A DNA stretch of 62,802 nucleotides, the filler included, from Bonamia ostreae (taxonomy: Eukaryota): assembly GCA_040357525.1 (NCBI GenBank). It is 40 parts of 40 records of this genome, joined end to end, with 100 filler letters (N's around TTAATTAATTAA, not from the genome) between each part and the next. Parts side by side here need not be neighbours in the genome. Positions count along the whole stretch, not along the records: positions 25,265 to 26,739 come from JBDODL010001742.1; positions 26,840 to 28,314 come from JBDODL010001743.1; positions 28,415 to 29,888 come from JBDODL010001744.1; positions 29,989 to 31,462 come from JBDODL010001745.1; positions 31,563 to 33,035 come from JBDODL010001746.1; positions 33,136 to 34,607 come from JBDODL010001747.1; positions 34,708 to 36,177 come from JBDODL010001748.1; positions 36,278 to 37,747 come from JBDODL010001749.1; 32 more parts are not named here. One strand, 5' to 3'. Below are positions 25,470 through 37,944 of the stretch, piece by piece. A program made the position numbers and the translations under genes. Every line of letters starts with the position of its first letter. Position 1 is the stretch's first letter. Below the pieces are notes generated by a model, which saw only the letters and a list, made by a program, of their open reading frames with translations, had not been told where the DNA came from and searched no databases.

Positions 25470-26600
25470 CACCGTTAATACATATTCCATGATCACTGCA
25501 TTCATTTGGACATAGAATACTTTTTATACTATTCACCATTGCTCGTCCAACGTCGTCTTCTTGTAAGGTATTATTCTGAGTTATTTCTTTTATGCACAAT
25601 GTTTTGAAGCCCTCACGTGATGCAGGCGCCCAGAGAGTTGTTTTAGTTAACTAAAACAGCAAATATACCGCGAGAGACTAAATACATGTACCTTATCAAA
25701 AATCTTTTAAAAATCAAAAAATCCATCTCTTACCACTATATCTAAAACGCATGCTTGTATTGCTTTTTCTGCATCAATATCAGGAACCCCTCGACAGATC
25801 TGAAAACTTTTTGACGAATTCATGTATTTCTCACAAAACAATCTCGCTTCATTTCTAGACATTTGTTTTATTCCAGCAGGAACCGACCTTCTGTTCTACA
25901 AAAAGTTAAAGAAAGAAGGAAAATGACACACATACAGATCATACATGCTAATAATTGAAAATCAATTAATTGTAGTCTTACTCTGAATCTCTGAAGGTGT
26001 CTTTGGGATCTAATTGGTATATAAGTGAAAATAGATCGTGCAGACCTCTTTCCTTTTTGTATACAAGCATGAGTATTGACAGGCTTTTCTGGCCTTGGAC
26101 ACTCAATCTGTTTGTCACAATCCACGGTGTCGCTCAACTGATTATCGATTGTACGACAAGTGCAAACGCTAATTGACCCCTTCATAGTTTCTAAATTACC
26201 AAGTCCTGACGTTGTCATATCGAAAAGATTATCTTGTTGTAAAACCCTGAAACATACGTAGTTATATCTATTATTTGTAATAGAATACCAATGAAACAAG
26301 GCAGGCTATTGATGTACTGAAAATAATGTTTGACTGCATATGCTTAAGTGGGTCATGTGATTAAAACATCAAGACACAGATCAAGCCAAAAAATACAAAC
26401 TTCCATGAGCGAGAAAAATTGTCTGGTCTCTGTATTTGAGATTGGCATTCATGGTTCGAATCAAAGAGTTTCCCCGATCGTAATTGGCTACACAAGCCCC
26501 TCGAATTTTCTTCGTCGAATCTGGATGGAAATATAGTTACTTCAATCACATCCTCTGTTTGATACGTCCAAAGGTGTAAATGTACGTGTGTACTTGTCGG
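25470..26600 (-). CDS. VWDE-like multi-exon fragment, host
   Basis: RGLCS..PDNFSRSW | ..CTC.. | EARLFCEKYM..CRGVPDIDAEKAIQACVLDI | ..LCPNECSDHGIC (EGF). GTAAG/GTGAG-type donors. Confidence 0.7.
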
Positions 26601-27769
26601 AAAGTAAATCTGGATAGAAATGGAATAGTGAAATTAAAAGTATTTTTATACAAATTACAAAATATTTATTTCCTCTACACAACTTCACAAATACATATAT
26701 ATTGCTGTACTGAAAAGTTTTATTCAACATGCAAAGTGTNNNNNNNNNNNNNNNNNNNNNNNNNNNNNNNNNNNNNNNNNNNNTTAATTAATTAANNNNN
26801 NNNNNNNNNNNNNNNNNNNNNNNNNNNNNNNNNNNNNNNTTAAAGCTTTAATGGAAGAATCCATTGTAAAATTTTTGTAATTTTAATAATTTTGTTATTT
26901 TTAATATTCGTTGATATTTTCTGATCATTTTGAACAAAATTGATTTAAATTTCTCTGTTGAAATTTATAAAATTTCCGATGTTTCTTCGTTGTCTTCATT
27001 AATGCATTTTTTGCAAATATTATTTTGATAAAAAGTTTATCTGCAGACATGAATTCCCACCTTTTATAATAGCGGGTGGAGGTAGCATTGAGCATGTAAA
27101 TAAATAACTGAACCAAAACTTAAAAATAGCCAAAAAGTAAAAAATATTATCTAATCATTTTAAGTGATCTAAAATTTTCATTTTTCGCCTTTTGTTTTTG
27201 TTTAAAATTTCTGGATTTTCTGTAAAGCTTGAAATCTTCTATTATTCTTTTTACTTCAGATTCGAATTCTTTTTGGAAGTTTGAATAGTTTGAATAATAA
27301 ACTATTCTTTGTTTGTTTCTTTTTCTTTGAAATATTTTTTGATTAATGGAATATTTACAAATTATTTAAAAACTGTTTTTCCCCATTTCTCGAATAATCG
27401 ATTATAGCCAATTCCATTTTAGGCGCGGAGTTTTAATTTTTTGTTTTCTAAATTTTTTTGTTTTTTGTCGAAAAATTTTCATCCTTTCCGCTAAAAACAG
27501 AATATTGAGAAAAAATTTACAAAAAATTTTCAATTTCCACACAAAAAAGAAAATTGACAAAACAAATTTTCGCTTAAAATTTACAAAAATTTTCAATTTC
27601 CACACAAAATACAGAAAATTTACAAAAAAATGTACAAAAAAATTTACAAACAATTTTCAATTTCAACACAAAAAAATCAGAAAACCGACAAAAAAATTTC
27701 CGCAAAATTTACAATTTCCAAAAAAATCAGAAAACCGACAAAAAAACAGAAAATTGACAAAAAGACATT

Positions 27770-28222
27770 TCATTTACTCGACTTTTCCTTTCTAATTTCA
27801 ACTGGCGATTTTCGATCATTGTCCATAATCCGCTTGAACCAAACGCGCTTTTTGTCGATAATTGGACTTTTTGAATGTTTGGCTTCTTCCAACAAATAAT
27901 CAATTATTTCTCTGTCGTTCCCCATTTTCTCATCCGTCAACCATTTTCTCGAGCAATACAAACCTCGAGTCGAATACATCGCGTTCAGCATTCCAAAAAC
28001 TGCCGTCGATTTTAATATTCTCGACGGCGGAGATTCTTTTTAAGATTCGACATTAAAATGATTTGTTCGAAAAATAATTGAACTGTAGACAAAGCTGACA
28101 ATGGCCGCAACTGCGCCGCCATAAAAAATATTTCTGAGAAGATTTCTTCTCGTTCGGTCGTCGTTTAAATGACCAAACCGAGGGAAAACGTATTCGTTTT
28201 TTCCGTACCAATGATTGTACAT
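27770..28222 (-). CDS. Small membrane protein, two exons, protist
   Basis: Two ORFs join in frame across a 48-nt GTTCAA..AAAAG intron. One or two hydrophobic segments. Confidence 0.45.
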
Positions 28223-29988
28223 TCGAAATCGCTTGGCTAAAAATGCAAAATTAGCTTTTAACAGTTAATATTTTGAATAAATAACAATTAGTTTTTGTTG
28301 TCTAAATAACAATTNNNNNNNNNNNNNNNNNNNNNNNNNNNNNNNNNNNNNNNNNNNNTTAATTAATTAANNNNNNNNNNNNNNNNNNNNNNNNNNNNNN
28401 NNNNNNNNNNNNNNATGGCAAAACCCTTTGTCCTAAAACAAATCTTTGTGTGAAATAAATGGTTCTTTTATCATTGTATCAAGGTTTGTGTGCCGAAAAG
28501 TTATCTAATGCTTTAAAGGTTTATCTCATCATTATGCAATTGGTTTGACTGATCAGTGTTAAATACATGTATTTAGGACTAAGGAGTAAAGATTCAATTC
28601 AGGTATCACTACGTGAGTCATTACGAATATCATCCTAACAATTCCCAGATACACAGACCTGGGATTTCACAGTTTTATTAAACACATGTTAAAGACTACT
28701 AGATTTTATAGAAATATTTTTATAGTATGAACGACATACTTTATCTACATCTCGGCCATAGCACCAAACCCCTGGCCCAGGAAAAATACATTTCTATTCC
28801 TAGCATCTACTGACTATATACAGACTTTGAAGCGTGTTACTATTTGTACAAAAAACCAGTACTAACCGATTCTTGTACGAAACGCTGGACGATTTGCATG
28901 GAACTCTGAACGGTTGGTAAGAAACTCTGACCGGTTTGCATGCAACACTTGGTACGATATGCTGCCTGCTTTGTGAACAGTTTGCGTGTAACTGTAGGAG
29001 TGACCAACATGCTCTGATCTCTTTGACCTTATTTAGCTGTTTATGAGGGTGATTCAAATATGACACAATTTCTATACGCTAATATTAAAAAAAAAGAGCA
29101 TTAAAAGAATAAATAGAAAATGCATTTGTACTAATTAATTTAATTACTTACGAAGATAAGTAAGAAATTGTGTCAAAATAATAAATGTTTTGCAAGATTT
29201 CACAATATAAAGAAATTGTGTCGTTATGCAATGACTATTATTATATTTTTTAAAATTACTTTTTTTCTGTCTCAGTTCCTAAATATGCGTAAACACGTGA
29301 TGAACTGTTGGAAGATAAACATTTTTTACCTTTACTTTTTAAAAGTGTTACAAATTTGATAAATTCAATAAACCATAAATTGGGAAAATGAACTCGTCAT
29401 GCATAAAATATAAGCTGTGTGGTTGTAAAATACGCACAGATCCTCCTAATCGAAGGACCTTAAGGGGAAGAAAACTAAGTACGAATGTCTGAATCGGAGA
29501 ACTCACCACATTTGCAAGAAGTGCAACTTTAATTTCACCAGAGAGAAGCTTCTAACTTCTTTTTCTGACGACAATGCATTTGTTCAACCTTTTTTATCGG
29601 CACATACTCGCAAAGATATTGTGGTATTTGCGGAGTCCGTAAACAGTCTATGAAAAGTGTTTCTAAGGAAGGCTGCACACATGTATTTCAAACCATAAAA
29701 TAAAAATGCATGAAGATGCATTTTCTTAAGAAAATCTGATATTTTCGAAGGATATGAATATGAAAGAAAACTTCCATCGAATAAATAAGGGTGTTCTGGA
29801 AATGTCTTCAAGTAAATTTAGTAATTATTTATCTTAAAGATGTTCGCACCTCACATTTAGAGTAATGTAAATTTTTTAAGAAGTGTATNNNNNNNNNNNN
29901 NNNNNNNNNNNNNNNNNNNNNNNNNNNNNNNNTTAATTAATTAANNNNNNNNNNNNNNNNNNNNNNNNNNNNNNNNNNNNNNNNNNNN

Positions 29989-30180
29989 CGCCATTTTTAT
30001 CATAATTTTTTTCGTTTTTAGACAAATTTTTGTCGCCATTTTTATCATAATTTTTTTCGTTTTTAGACAAATTTTTGTCGCCATTTTTATCATAATTTTT
30101 TTCGTTTTTAGACAAATTTTTGTCGCCATTTTTATCATAATTTTTTTCGTTTTTAGACAAATTTTTGTCGCCATTTTTGT
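29989..30180 (-). repeat. 45-bp coding tandem repeat ([15 protein letters not shown]) x4 or more
   Basis: Exact repeats running into the contig end. Confidence 0.95.
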
Positions 30181-31462
30181 TATTATCCAAAAAATTTGGC
30201 AATTTGTGATTGTTGAGATCTTCATCGTCGTCACAAAAATCAAACAAATTGGCCAAATTATGTTTCGAAAATAATTGCTTTCCGTTTTGTCTGGCGTCCT
30301 CCAAGATTCGATTGCTCAAAAGTTGTTTGTAAATTTGTCGATGATAAACTTTTTCTTCGATCGTCCCTTTTGTGATAAGTCTGTAAACTACGACCTCTTT
30401 TTTCTGCCCGATTCGGAAGGAGCGCTCTACTGCTTGATTGTCTATCGACGGATTCTTTAAAATAACAAATCAAAATTTTACGAAATTAAAAAATCAACGA
30501 AATAAATTTATCAAAAAAAATCAGCGAAAAAAACATTAACGAAAAAAAATTAACAAAAAAAAATTAGCAAAAAAATCAGCGAAAAAAATTAGCAAAAAAA
30601 ACAGCGAAAAAATCAGCGAAAAAAAATTAGCAAAATAAATTTAACGAAAAAAAATCAGCAAAAAAATTAACGAAAAAAAAGAAAATTTAACGAAAAAAAT
30701 ATCAAAACCCAATCCGGATCAAAAAGCAAAACTCGGTCAGCGCCAATCAAATTGAGCCCAAGACCGCCAGTTCTTGTCGTCAAGAGAAAACAGAAAATGG
30801 ATTCGTCTTCATTAAATCGATTAATCATTTTTTGGCGAGCGCAAATCGGAGTGCTTCCGTCGAGTCGGAAATAAGAAAACGTTCTAATTTTGAAAAAATT
30901 TACTTTAATTCTTCTTCGATAATATTTAACATTTGAATAGTTTGACTAAATATTAATACGCGATGATTTTCTTCTTTCCAGATCGAAATGATTTTGTTCA
31001 TAATATTTAATTTACAAGATTTCGAATCTTTATTTTCAAAAGTTTTTGAGAATTTTTAAATTTGCAAAAATGAAAAAATGTAAATTGTTTAAAACTTTTC
31101 GAAACAGAATTGTCGTGCAAATACAAATCGACGTGATTGCAAATTTTTCTCAATTTGTCGATTGCTTTGTACATTAATCCTCTTCTTCTTTTCATCCTAA
31201 AAATCGGAAATTCTTTTAAAACAAAAATGTAATTTTGTTTTTGGTATTTTGTCAATTCGCATAAAAGAACCTTTTCAAAATAATGATAATTTTGATAATT
31301 TTAAAAATGTCAATTGTCAATTGGAAGTTTTTAAACTTTTTCTTTTTTGTTTTTGAGTTTGAATTGTCTTTTGACTTCGTTTTTGTGTCGTCTCAAAATG
31401 TAAGGATTTATCAGTTCTTTTAAATGTACTGCCAATTCAAACGCGTTCTTTAAGTTTAATTT
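29989..31462 (-). CDS. ERCC6: ERCC6/CSB (Rad26) SNF2 helicase, C-terminal half, protist
   Basis: [70 protein letters not shown] and the CSB-type [19 protein letters not shown]. Intron 30455-30708. Confidence 0.9.
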
Positions 31463-31562
31463 NNNNNNNNNNNNNNNNNNNNNNNNNNNNNNNNNNNNNN
31501 NNNNNNTTAATTAATTAANNNNNNNNNNNNNNNNNNNNNNNNNNNNNNNNNNNNNNNNNNNN

Positions 31563-31890
31563 AATTTAAATTTTAATAATTTTTTTGTTTTCGAATTTAA
31601 ATTTTGATAATTTTTTTTTGTTTTTGAATTTTAATTTTTTGATATTTTTTGTTTTCGAATTTAAATTTTAATAATTTTTTTGTTTTCGAATTTAAATTTT
31701 GATAATTTTTTTGTTTTTGAATTTTAATTTTTTGATATTTTTTGATATTTTTTGTTTTCGAATTTAAATTTTAATAATTTTTTTTGTTTTCGAATTTAAA
31801 TTTTGATATTTTTTGTTTTCGAATTTAAATTTTAATAATTTTTTTTTGTTTTCGAATTTAAATTTTGATAATTTTTTTGATTCCGAATTT
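31563..31890 (+). repeat. Intronic ~33-bp AT-rich tandem repeat
   Basis: About 10 copies of TTTGTTTTCGAATTTAAATTTT(A/G)ATAATTTT upstream of the acceptor at 31902. Confidence 0.85.
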
Positions 31891-31902
31891 CAATAAAAAT
31901 AG

Positions 31903-33035
31903 CAAGATGAAATAAGAAAGAAATTGCATAACCAAGTTCAAGAACTAAAAGGAAACATTCGGGTTTATTGTCGGGTTCGACCTTTAGTCAAAACGGATAA
32001 ACATTTTGGCAAACAAAACATCGTTTCTAATTTAAAAAAAATTTTTATTTTCAACACAAAAAATAGTCATTCGAATTTCCGGAAGACAGTTTAAACCAGA
32101 AAATTGTTGCATTAACGAAAAAACAAAATAATCTAAAATCAAAAAAACTGAAAATTGTCAAAAGGGAAATCTCTTTTGACCGAGTTTTCAGTCCAAACGA
32201 CAAACAAAATGTCGTTTTCGAGTTTTTTTAAATTGTTTTCCGACAAAATTTCATTTTTCCAAATTTATCATAATCGAAAACAAAAATAAATTTTATCAAA
32301 ATTTTGTAAATTTTTTGAAAAGAGAAATATCGCAGTTGGTGCAAAGTGCGTTGGACGGATATAAAGTTTGCATTTTTGCGTATGGACAAACGGGTTCTGG
32401 AAAGACGTTCACGATGGAAGGACCGGAAAACATGAACAACAAAAATGACGAGGGAATGATCCCTCGTTCGGTTAAAAAGATTTTTGAGCATATTAGAGAA
32501 CACAAAGTTTTGATAATTTTATTTTTTGTTGATTTTGCGATTACTGCAAAAACCAATTTTTCGAAAATTAGAAAAATTGGGAATACAAATGCGAAGTCTC
32601 TTTTTTGGAAATTTACAACGAAGAAATCAGAGATTTGTTGACTTCAGAAAATAAGAATATTCAGATCTCATTGGAAGATGAATATAAACCAGCCAAAAAT
32701 GCTAAATATGGTTAAATTTAGCTTTTTGAATTTCGACAAAATTTACTTTTTGCAAAAAATTTTTTAGTCAAAGTTACGTCCGAATCGGAAATAGAACCGC
32801 TTCTCCGAACCGCGAAAAAAAATCGGTCGGTCGGGAAAACAGACGTCAACGAATATTCTTCGAGAAGCCATTCGATCTTCCAAATTATTTTGAACGGGAA
32901 AAACCCGGAAACGGGTTTTTCAGTGAATGGCGCACTAGTTCTCGTGGATTTGGCTGGAAGCGAAAGGTTGAAAAAATCGAATTCGACGGGGCAAAGGAAA
33001 GAAGAAGCGAAGTTTATAAATAGCAGTTTGAGCAT
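31903..33035 (+). CDS. Kinesin-14 (Kar3/KIFC1-type) C-terminal motor, partial, protist
   Basis: Neck [26 protein letters not shown]-loop [30 protein letters not shown]. Introns 32023-32066, 32222-32322, 32507-32571 and 32711-32767. Confidence 0.95.
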
Positions 33036-33146
33036 NNNNNNNNNNNNNNNNNNNNNNNNNNNNNNNNNNNNNNNNNNNNTTAATTAATTAANNNNNNNNN
33101 NNNNNNNNNNNNNNNNNNNNNNNNNNNNNNNNNNNCAAATTGCTGT

Positions 33147-34607
33147 TTGAATCCTGATGGTTCTTTCAATTTTCACTTGGTATTACAACATTTTGGCAAT
33201 GTTCCATCAAACCAAATCAAAATTGCTATCAAATTAGAATCCATTTTCATGAGATTTTTATCAAAACGCCTCCGTGCTTCTAAGGTGCTAGATTTTCAAA
33301 ATTCAATGCTTCGGGATACGATTGCTTCAAACTTATTAGGTCACATGACAAATTACATACCTTTTCAAACTTTAAGGAATGGCAACTGTCTCTTCAATGC
33401 AATTTCTTTGCTATCAAAGGGAACCAATCACTTGCTACTGAACTTAGGGTAAGGACTAGCATAGAACTAGTACAACATAGGGATTACTACGAAAAATATC
33501 ACAATGGGAGTATTTTGCATTTAGTTACAGATAAATATGATGAGGCAGTGATGGATTGCGTTTCAAACTTTTCTTTCTCTTCAGCCTGGACAATGCACGC
33601 ATGTGCATCTGTCATTTCTAGATCGATAAAATCTGTCTATCCTCCTGTCAATGGCATCCTTGATCTCTCGGTATCCATTCTGAACACTGTCTTTCCTCCA
33701 AGGGGTCTAAAATCTCGGCACACTGTCACCCTTTTGTGGTTCAACTGTTCTCTATCACACATTCCAGGCAAATGGTCTCCAAATCACTTTGTTCCCCTTT
33801 TGTCCAATGACCAAAATGTCCCCGTTGTCGACCTCACTTCTGAGCTTGATTTCCCACCATTGGCAAAATCTAATTCAAAATCATGCCCAGTTAAGTCTGC
33901 ATCTGTTCCCAATCAAACCTCTTCCTCTCAAAATAGTGGTGTTTCAAAACCCGATCTAAATTCAGGTCCAAGTTCATCATTCAGTCCAATATCAAGTCCA
34001 GTAAAGTCTGCCTCTGTTCCCAATAAAAATTCTTCACCTCAAGCAATCACTGTTGATTCTTCACCTCAAGCTAGTCCACCTCTATCCCTAAATCCCCCTT
34101 CTTCATCCAGTGAATTGCATGAGATAACCTCTGTTTCTTGCATCTCTTCCTCCGACATCCCATTAGATGTCCCTTATAGCAACCCTCCATCTCATTCACT
34201 CCATGGGAAATTTTTAGAAAATAAGACTGTATCAGAATTAGTTAAGGAAAGGAAAGAAGTTTTTCAGAGATGGTTCCAGAGGGTATAAAGGAGAATGTCT
34301 TTTTTGTTGTATATTGTACAGGGTTGAATGGGAAATCAAAGTTTGTAGATGATTGTGGGTATGGCAGTCCAAAAAAAAATAGCACCAAAACTGTAGATTT
34401 TTTGTTAACAAATTCTGGCGATTTAGAAATGCCTTACAAAAAAAAAATCAAATGCTTTGCAGGTTTAAACAAAAAGAATATATACCTTTGGTTCCACAAC
34501 CAGACTCCTCTGAAATTGTTAGGATGAAAAGATATTATTCAGTTTCGGCAGTCAACCCAAATTTCAAAAGGCGTGTAACTTGGTTTAAAAACATTCCTGG
34601 CCTATCT
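33147..34607 (+). pseudogene. Vertnin-like OTU protease domain, Ser/Pro linker and CG-1-like domain; probable transposon relic, host
   Basis: NGNCLFNA..ELRVRT..SVYP..PNHFVPL (OTU Cys/His). Downstream PEGIKENV..FVDDCG..RYYSVSAVNPNFKRRVTW. Intronless, several frameshifts. Confidence 0.6.
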
Positions 34608-35039
34608 NNNNNNNNNNNNNNNNNNNNNNNNNNNNNNNNNNNNNNNNNNNNTTAATTAATTAANNNNNNNNNNNNNNNNNNNNNNNNNNNNNNNNNNNNN
34701 NNNNNNNGCCCAGGGTTGAACTTCGCAATGTCCAAAAAAATACTATTCAATCCTTTTTAGATTTTAGATCCTTTCTTTCAGTGTCGACTGGGTTTTGGAA
34801 GTCTGTATGTTGTCAAGAATATACATACTATTATAAGAATAAAACGGGACCGATGTTTACCAAGTAATTGTAATCTGTCCTTTGCTTTCAATCATGCAAG
34901 AGCAGGTGACATATTTCGACATATTTCTGTCTGACTCCCGTCTTTGTACAGAACAAGTACAGATGACATAAAGTTCAATCTGGAATTGTCCATTTGTATT
35001 TAACTCCCCTGATATGTTACTAGGAGTAGAGATGGAGGA

Positions 35040-36177
35040 CAATGATGAAGGATTTCACGTTTGTCAAACTAGTGGTTGTTGATGAAGCCCACACTATCAT
35101 ACATTGGTAACCGTTCATGAAAGAGTTCTACAATTTGGTTTTATATATATTTCGTAAAAGCTTTACTGCCATCAGTGGAATCAAGGTTTATCCAAACTCT
35201 TATACACTATACAATCTCAATCTACACACTTACATGCAACAGACTAAAAATTATGTGAACAGTAATATCCCATCACAAATAAAAGAAAATTTTTACCACA
35301 AGTTTAATCGCACATTTTTAACGCTCAATCGTAAATTTTTTGTAGCCTTTAAGATAGAAAGAATACTACTGTCATTTCAACAGTACATATGTATTGCTTA
35401 ACATTCTTTGTGACATTGTCACAGATGAATATTATCAAACAAATATTACATAATTGTAATTTGCAAACATCAGATAAAAATATATAAGTGTAATAATGAT
35501 TATGAGGGCTATTTTCAGGGGAGAAAGCCAGTGTGGAAAGGACCCATTTCGGGAATTGTTCCCCCTGATTGGAGACAAAATCTCTGGTATTCTGCCCAGC
35601 ACTCGATCATCAAGAACAAAAATTTAAAAAAAACTACCTCTAACATCTTGTGTTGAAATTATTCAAAATCCAGATCGGTCCAATATCAAACTCTTTGTTA
35701 GTAAAGTAAAAGTGAACCAGCAACTTGAGGACCTTTTTGAATGGATAATTGATCTTGTAGATGAAAAGAAGGAATAACGTCCAAGGATAATCCTCGAGTA
35801 TGTAAGCCTTAAGATGTGTGCAGCACTTTCCACAGCTGTTCGGCAGACTTTGAGTTCAATTGAGGTCCCTCGTCTCAATGTGTCATTCATGCACATGTGA
35901 GGAACTTAAAGAGTAAAATAAGACAAAATATGGAAGATTTTAATAGTACGATACGTATATCAATTGCCACTAGTGCAGCAAGCATAAGTGTCAATTACCA
36001 AGGGGTGCATGGTATTGTTCACTGGGGACCACTAAGAGACTTCCACAGTTTTGTGCAGCAACTCGGCCGAGAAGGAAGAGATGGGGTGCAATCATTTGAA
36101 CTATTACTTTGTCATGGGAGACACCTCCGTAAATGAGATTCAGATATGAAAGCCTATGTTCCAAACCAGGAGTGCAG
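35040..36177 (+). pseudogene. Decayed RecQ-like helicase, possibly from an Academ transposon, host
   Basis: LVVVDEAH..HW, NPDRSNI and IATSA..VNYQGV..IVHWGP..FVQQLGREGRDG, with stops and frameshifts. Confidence 0.7.
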
Positions 36178-36349
36178 NNNNNNNNNNNNNNNNNNNNNNN
36201 NNNNNNNNNNNNNNNNNNNNNTTAATTAATTAANNNNNNNNNNNNNNNNNNNNNNNNNNNNNNNNNNNNNNNNNNNNAAGCAGTTAAAAATTTACAAAAA
36301 TTAAGCAAACTGGTCTAAACAAGAAACGATAAGATTAATTTTTACAAAA

Positions 36350-36843
36350 ATGACATTAATCCTAAAATTGCTATTTTTGTTCCAAATTTTATCTGCAAAA
36401 TGTCTTTTCCCTTTAAAAAGAAAAGATATCGAAATCAATCAAGAAAATTTGAATTTAAACGATAAAATTATCACAATTCGACAAAACTGTCCTGAAAACG
36501 CAATTTTTGCAAATTTGGCAACAATGGAACAATTTAATTCTATCACAATGGTTTGTTTGCCATTTTTTGACGAGTTCGTTTGGTTACAAGATAATTTGAC
36601 CAAAATAGACCAATTTGAATGTTTCAAAAATTATCCTGAATTTGAATCTATATCGTTTGCTTCAATTTTGTTTCTTTTCTTTTGCTCTGTTTTGGCTTTT
36701 TATGCGATATTGGCAGTTGTTTCTATAAATTGCAAGAGAAAAGTCAAAATTACCGTTTTTTTTAATTTTTTGTTATCTTTTTATTAAAAAAGTCGAAAGA
36801 TTCTTTATATTTCGATAACCCAAATTATGAATACGAAGAGTAA
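36350..36843 (+). CDS. Small type I membrane protein with FDNPNY cytoplasmic tail, protist
   Basis: Signal peptide, Cys-containing ectodomain and TM. The 38-nt intron 36755-36792 adds SKDSLYFDNPNYEYEE*. Confidence 0.6.
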
Positions 36844-37260
36844 ATTAAAAATTTTCTTTTTTAATAAAAAATTGCGATATTTGGCATTAATTTTCTGTTT
36901 TGCAAATTATAAATATTATAAAAAAATTACAATATTTTTCAATAATGTCGTTTTTAATTTTAATAAATTTAAATTTATTTTTTTGTAAATATTGCAAAAA
37001 GTTTTGGTTTTATATTTTAATAATTTTTTAACTATTATTTTCAAATATATGAAAAAGTTGTCGAACTTGAATTTTGGATGCGAAAAAGTTATTAAAAACT
37101 TGAATTTTAGACGCAAAAACTTAAAATTTGACAACATTTTTTTGCCAAAAAATTAAAAATTATTAAATTTTAAAATTTGAATATTTTTATCAAATTTTAA
37201 AAATTAGGATATTTTAGTTTACAAATTTTAAAAATAATTTCAAATTAATCAAAATTAAGT

Positions 37261-37747
37261 TTACTCTCTTTTGACAAAAAAATTTGATCGACACATTGGA
37301 CATTCTTGCTCTCCTTTTCTTGCAAACCATTTGAATAAACAAGCAGAATGAAATCTGGCACTGCAAGTGCGACAGTTCAATCTTGGTACTTCTCTTGTCG
37401 ATCCATGAACTATCGAATAACATCTGCAAAAATTCGTTGTTATAAAAATTGAACGAATAATCATTTTATCAAAAAACATTGGACACTCCGAAACGCCCTC
37501 AAAATATTTGTCGATGCTATTTTTCCAGACCGAGACAGATCTCGAAACAGACCCGTTAACCGCGTTGAGGGAAAAAGTCAATTTGGAGAGAAAACGCGTC
37601 GATCGATGGTCCATTTTTAGATTTTTGGACAAAACGAATTTTATTTTTGAAAGAGGGAAATTGGTTCCGAAGCAAAGTTTCAATTCTGGACGAGCATCGC
37701 CTATTTTACAGAAAGCGGTTAATTCTTTGGAATGGCTTTCCCAACGC
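37261..37747 (-). CDS. LTN1: Listerin E3 ligase C-terminus (RWD plus RING), protist
   Basis: WKNSIDKYFEGVSECPI|CYSIVH..CRTCSARFHSACLFKWF..CPMCR after removing the 54-nt intron 37424-37477. Confidence 0.9.
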
Positions 37748-37847
37748 NNNNNNNNNNNNNNNNNNNNNNNNNNNNNNNNNNNNNNNNNNNNTTAATTAAT
37801 TAANNNNNNNNNNNNNNNNNNNNNNNNNNNNNNNNNNNNNNNNNNNN

Positions 37848-37921
37848 ATCTTCTCAATTTGACCATAGTTAATTTCCGGATTTCCAACAGAAAAGGAAAC
37901 CGGAGGTAGTCTTGTATTCAT
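37848..37921 (-). CDS. Start of third phage-like gene (partial)
   Basis: ATG preceded by AAGGATGAT, 23 nt downstream of the previous stop. Reads MNTRLPPVSFSVGNPEINYGQIEK to the contig end. Confidence 0.45.
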
Positions 37922-37944
37922 ATCATCCTTTTTTTAAGTGCAAA

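Noticed and set aside
27402-27899. Several K/F/N-rich overlapping ORFs
   Set aside because: They are translations of AT-rich degenerate tandem repeats in non-coding DNA.
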